Assembly (NCBI GenBank): GCA_043821645.1
Contig: JBDRCO010000055.1
Coordinates: 1 to 20,249, forward strand
Length of the DNA stretch: 20,249 nt
Source: Pseudomonadota bacterium
Lineage (GTDB): Bacteria; Myxococcota; JACRCW01; JAFGSX01
Reading direction: 5' to 3'
The stretch's first letter is position 1. Every line of letters begins with the position of its first letter. Shown here in pieces: positions 16,041 through 20,249 of this stretch. The position numbers were made by a program, and so were the translations under genes. Below the pieces are notes generated by a model. It ran no database searches. It was not told the DNA's origin and saw only the letters and a program-made list of their open reading frames with translations.

Positions 16041-17255
16041 ATGAGCACCTTTCGAATGGCCTGGCGCAACATCTGGCGCAACAAGCGCCGCACGCTGGTG
16101 ACCATCGCGGCGATGACGGTCGCCGTCTTCATCACGCTGCACTACTCGGCCCTGGTCGGCGGGATGCTGGTTCAGATGCAGAGCGATTCGCTCGACTTCG
16201 AGACCGGTGCGGTGCAGGTCTTTGCGCCCGGCTACCAGGACAGACCGTCGATCTACACCCACATGGACGACAGCGAGGGCGTCCTCACGCGCCTGGACGA
16301 CGCGGGCATCGCGGCCACCTCGCGCCTGCTCGGCGCTGGTCTGGTGGCGGCGGGCGAGAGCTCGGCAGGCGCGTACTTCCTGGGCGTCGACCTGGAGCGC
16401 GACCCCAAGGTGCTGGCCGTGAGCTCGCAGCTCATGGAGGGGAGCTGGCTCACGGCGGACGAGCCGAAGGGCGTGGTGCTCGGTCGCAAGCTGGCGCGGA
16501 CCCTCGGTGTCAGGCCGGGCGACGAGCTGGTGATGCTGACCCAGGCCACCGATGGCAGCATGGCCAACGACCTGTACAAGGTGCGCGGCGTGCTGCGCAC
16601 CATCAGCGAGCAGACCGATCGCGGCGGCGTGTTCATGAGCCAGGCGGCCTTTCGCGATCTTCTGGTGTTCGAGGGCGGAGCGCACCAGATCATCGTCAAG
16701 CGGCCTCAGGTGCTGGACACGGCCTTGCTCAAGAGCCAGGTGGTGGCGGCGGCGCCTGGCCTGGACGTGCAGAGCTGGCGCGACCTCAACCCGACCCTGG
16801 CGACCATGCTCGACTCGGTCATGGGTATGATCAACATCTTCTTCTTCATCATCAACATCGCCATCGCCATCGTGGTGCTCAACGCCATGCTGATGGCGGT
16901 GTTCGAGCGCATTCGCGAGTTCGGTGTGCTCAAGGCGCTGGGCATCAGCCCCGGCGGCGTGGTCAAGCTCATCTACGCCGAGTCGCTGATCCAGGTCCTC
17001 CTCGCGGTGGCGGTGGCCGTGGTGCTGTCCATGCCCTCGCTGTGGTACCTGGCCGTGCACGGCATCGACATGGGATCGCTGGCCGGGACCAGCATGGTCG
17101 GGCTGGCCATGATGGAGACCTGGTACGGCGTCATCACCCCGCGGGTCTTTGCGCAGCCCATCTTCATGACCGTGTTCGTGGTGATGGCGGCAGTGCTGTA
17201 CCCGGCGCTCAAGGCCGCGGTCATTCAGCCGGTCGAGGCGATGAGGCACCAGTAG
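16041..17255 (+). CDS. ABC transporter permease, MacB/FtsX (LolC/E-like)
   Basis: MAWRNIWRNKRRT, large periplasmic domain, VFERIREFGVLKALG and YPALKAAVIQPVEAMR; GGAGG SD. Confidence 0.93.
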   Translation: MSTFRMAWRNIWRNKRRTLVTIAAMTVAVFITLHYSALVGGMLVQMQSDSLDFETGAVQVFAPGYQDRPSIYTHMDDSEGVLTRLDDAGIAATSRLLGAGLVAAGESSAGAYFLGVDLERDPKVLAVSSQLMEGSWLTADEPKGVVLGRKLARTLGVRPGDELVMLTQATDGSMANDLYKVRGVLRTISEQTDRGGVFMSQAAFRDLLVFEGGAHQIIVKRPQVLDTALLKSQVVAAAPGLDVQSWRDLNPTLATMLDSVMGMINIFFFIINIAIAIVVLNAMLMAVFERIREFGVLKALGISPGGVVKLIYAESLIQVLLAVAVAVVLSMPSLWYLAVHGIDMGSLAGTSMVGLAMMETWYGVITPRVFAQPIFMTVFVVMAAVLYPALKAAVIQPVEAMRHQ

Positions 17256-17264
17256 GAGGCGACG

Positions 17265-18518
17265 ATGGGACCCATTCGACTGGCCTCGATGGCCTGGAAG
17301 AACCTGTGGCGCCAGAAGCGCCGCACCCTGATCACCATGTCGTCGATCGTGCTGGCCTGCTTTCTCGCCGTGATCATGATCGGCATGAACGATCACAGCT
17401 GGGAGGTGGTGATCAACACCGCCGCGCGCATCGGCGGCGGTCACATCACGGTCCTGAATCCCGAGTACCAGGAGAAGCCCGCGCTGAACCGCACGGTGAC
17501 CCACACCCGGGACAAGATCGCCAAGATCAAGCAGCTGCCGCACGTCACGCAGGTGCTCGAGCGCATCGTCGGCCAGACCATGCTGTCGACGACCACCGAG
17601 AGCTTCGGCGCCGGTTTCATCGCCTATGACCCGGCCGTCGAGGGCACCGAGACCCTGTCCATCCTCGAGGCCATCACCCAGGGTGAGCTGTTCAAGAGAG
17701 CCAGCGACAAGGGCATCATCCTGGGCGAGCGCCTGGCCAAGAACCTGGGCGCCGAGATGGGCACCAAGATCGTCTACACCCTGACCGACAAGAACGGCGA
17801 CATCGTCAGCGGCATGGCCCGGGTGTCGGGCCTGGTGCGCACCAACTCACCGGCGGTGGACCTGGGGCTGTGCTTCTTGCCGCTGGATGCGGTGCGCACG
17901 ACCCTGGGCTACGCCCCGGACGAGACCATCCAGGTGGCCGTGTTCATCGATAGCCAGCGCCGCGCCGACGAGATGCAGACGAAGATCCAGTCCCTGCTCG
18001 ACGACGGCAGCGTGGCCTTGACCTGGAAGCAGACCCAGCCCGACCTCGACAGCTTCATCATGCTGAAAAAGGGCGGCGGCACCTTCTTCTCGGTGCTCAT
18101 GCTGCTGCTGTGCGCCGCGGGCATCTTCAACACGCTGTTCGTGAGCGTGATGGAGCGCCTGCGCGAGTTCGGCATCCTGGTCGCCGTGGGCTTCAGCCCG
18201 CGCAAGCTGTTCAGCCTGGTCATGCTCGAGAGCCTGTGGCTGGGCATCGTCGGTCTGGTGGCCTCGGTGCTGGTGGTGGCCTGGCCCTACTACTTCTTCT
18301 CGACCAAGGGCATCGACCTGACCGAGGTCTATACCCAGAGCGGTCAGAAGGCCGACATCGCGGGCGTGGGCATGAGCATGGTGCTCAAGGTGGGGCTGTA
18401 CCCCGAGAGCGCCATCGCCATCGTGGTGGCGGTGCTCGGGGCAGTGCTGCTGTCGGGGCTGTACCCCGCGTACAAGGCAGGACGGGTCGAGCCCGTCGAG
18501 GTGATCAAGCTCGTCTAG
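17265..18518 (+). CDS. ABC transporter permease, MacB/FtsX (LolC/E-like), second paralog
   Basis: MAWKNLWRQKRRT, VMERLREFGILVAVG and YPAYKAGRVEPVEVI; AGGAGG SD overlapping the upstream stop. Confidence 0.93.
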   Translation: MGPIRLASMAWKNLWRQKRRTLITMSSIVLACFLAVIMIGMNDHSWEVVINTAARIGGGHITVLNPEYQEKPALNRTVTHTRDKIAKIKQLPHVTQVLERIVGQTMLSTTTESFGAGFIAYDPAVEGTETLSILEAITQGELFKRASDKGIILGERLAKNLGAEMGTKIVYTLTDKNGDIVSGMARVSGLVRTNSPAVDLGLCFLPLDAVRTTLGYAPDETIQVAVFIDSQRRADEMQTKIQSLLDDGSVALTWKQTQPDLDSFIMLKKGGGTFFSVLMLLLCAAGIFNTLFVSVMERLREFGILVAVGFSPRKLFSLVMLESLWLGIVGLVASVLVVAWPYYFFSTKGIDLTEVYTQSGQKADIAGVGMSMVLKVGLYPESAIAIVVAVLGAVLLSGLYPAYKAGRVEPVEVIKLV

Positions 18519-18567
18519 GGGGCGTCGGCCGCCCCCTGGGCGGTCAGCCCCCAAAGGCGCTGACCGC
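18517..18567 (+). other. Two tandem GC-rich stem-loops in the intercistronic region
   Basis: AGGGGGCG-TCGGC-CGCCCCCT (18517-18537) and GCGGTCAGC-N10-GCTGACCGC (18540-18567); no U-tract. Confidence 0.65.
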
Positions 18568-18659
18568 GTTCACCCGGGCAGCATAGCGGTGCCTCGGGGC
18601 GCCGCAGGGAAGAGGAACTTGGTAGCGAGGCGCCACGAGATGACACAAGAGAGGCGACC

Positions 18660-19361
<702 letters not shown>

Positions 19362-19389
19362 TTTCCATCTGCCAGACAGGGGGAGCCCC

Positions 19390-20249
19390 ATGAAGAAGCT
19401 CGCCGTGATCCTGGGAGTGCTGCTGGCACTCGGCATTGCTGGCTTCTTTGGCCTGCGCGCCTATGTCGCCGGTATGAAGACCAAGCCTGTGCTCTACACC
19501 CTCGAGGGCATGGAGAACGCCGAGCGCCAGCGCGACATCGTTTACAGGAAAGACGGGCCGGTCGAGCTGCGCCTAGACGTGTACCGGCCGGCTGGTGCCA
19601 GTGAACCTGCGCCCGCGGTGTTGCTGATCCACGGCGGTGGTCCCGAGTTCTTCATCCGCGACGCCAAGGACTGGAGACTGTTCGAGACCTGGGCCCAGCT
19701 GCTGACCGCGCGCGGTCTGGTCGGTGTCACCTTCAACCACCGCGGCTCGTCGGACTATGCGGGCCTGGACGTCGAGGCCGCGGACGTGCAGGCCGCCGTG
19801 GACTACGTGCGTGCCCATGCTGCCGAACTGGGCGTGGACCCGGACAGGCTGGCGTTGTGGGCCTTCTCCGCCGGCGGCGTGTACCTGGCCGGGGCCGTGC
19901 GCGACAGGCCGGACTACCTCAAGGCCCTGGTTGGCTACTATGCGGTCATGGACCTCGACGCCGTGGACAGCCTGCTGGCCAAGACGGTCGACGACGCCAT
20001 GCGGGCTAGACACTCCCCCTCGAAGCAACTGGGCCAGGGCGAGCGCACGGTCCCGCCGACCTTGCTGGTCAAGGCCATCAAGGACAGGGCGATGATCAAC
20101 CAAAGCATCGATGCCTTTGTCCAGGCGGCCGCCCTCGCGGGTCAAGCTGTGCAGGTGTGGTCCCACGACGAGGGGCACCACGGCTTTGACGTGATGGACA
20201 ACGATGCCCAGACCCGCGATCTCATTCGGCGGAGCCTGGACTGGGTGGT
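19390..20249 (+). CDS. Membrane-anchored/secreted alpha/beta hydrolase (HSL/BD-FAE-like esterase), 3'-partial
   Basis: Not in the ORF track; translated by hand from ATG 19390 (GGGAG upstream): MKKLAVILGVLLALGIAGFFG..., LRLDVYRP, LLIHGGG, LGVDPDRLALWAFSAGG, PPTLLVKAIKD and GHHGFD. The frame is open to the window end. Confidence 0.9.
   Translation, partial: MKKLAVILGVLLALGIAGFFGLRAYVAGMKTKPVLYTLEGMENAERQRDIVYRKDGPVELRLDVYRPAGASEPAPAVLLIHGGGPEFFIRDAKDWRLFETWAQLLTARGLVGVTFNHRGSSDYAGLDVEAADVQAAVDYVRAHAAELGVDPDRLALWAFSAGGVYLAGAVRDRPDYLKALVGYYAVMDLDAVDSLLAKTVDDAMRARHSPSKQLGQGERTVPPTLLVKAIKDRAMINQSIDAFVQAAALAGQAVQVWSHDEGHHGFDVMDNDAQTRDLIRRSLDWV

Noticed and set aside
15038..17629. 863-aa and 777-aa overlapping ORFs; ATG 15123 (ATGA overlap with the tetR stop) as start of the LolA-like gene
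   Set aside because: The long ORFs are shadows of the ABC operon. ATG 15225 has a strong SD and puts the signal peptide near the N-terminus, though coupling at 15123 is not strictly excluded.

Overview
High-GC, Myxococcota/deltaproteobacterial-type chromosomal segment (taxonomy inferred from gene families) with 17 supportable CDSs and no rRNA, tRNA, CRISPR array or mobile element. (1) 1-7122, minus strand: membrane class III adenylate cyclase, membrane Ser/Thr kinase with PEGA domain, tandem Zn-ribbon/DUF4178 protein, 70-aa Gly-rich membrane peptide, DUF350 protein, and a membrane-fused polyamine aminopropyltransferase (missed by the ORF track, runs to the window edge). (2) 7571-14147: small lipoprotein, orphan GAK-system XXXCH-like protein that has no Cys, MFS transporter, EGCrP/Egh1-like GH5 glycolipid glucosidase frameshifted in a C7 run, and a DUF2341-LamG surface protein with an Asp-periodic stalk. 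(3) 14308-20249, plus strand: a probably leaderless, autoregulated TetR gene, LolA-like protein, two LolC/E-type permeases, LolD-type ATPase and an HGGG esterase (partial, also missed by the ORF track). Best candidates for under-described systems are the kinase/cyclase-linked DUF4178-peptide-DUF350-aminopropyltransferase module and the TetR-controlled second Lol-like lipid transport operon. All family assignments come from reading motifs by eye; no database search was run.
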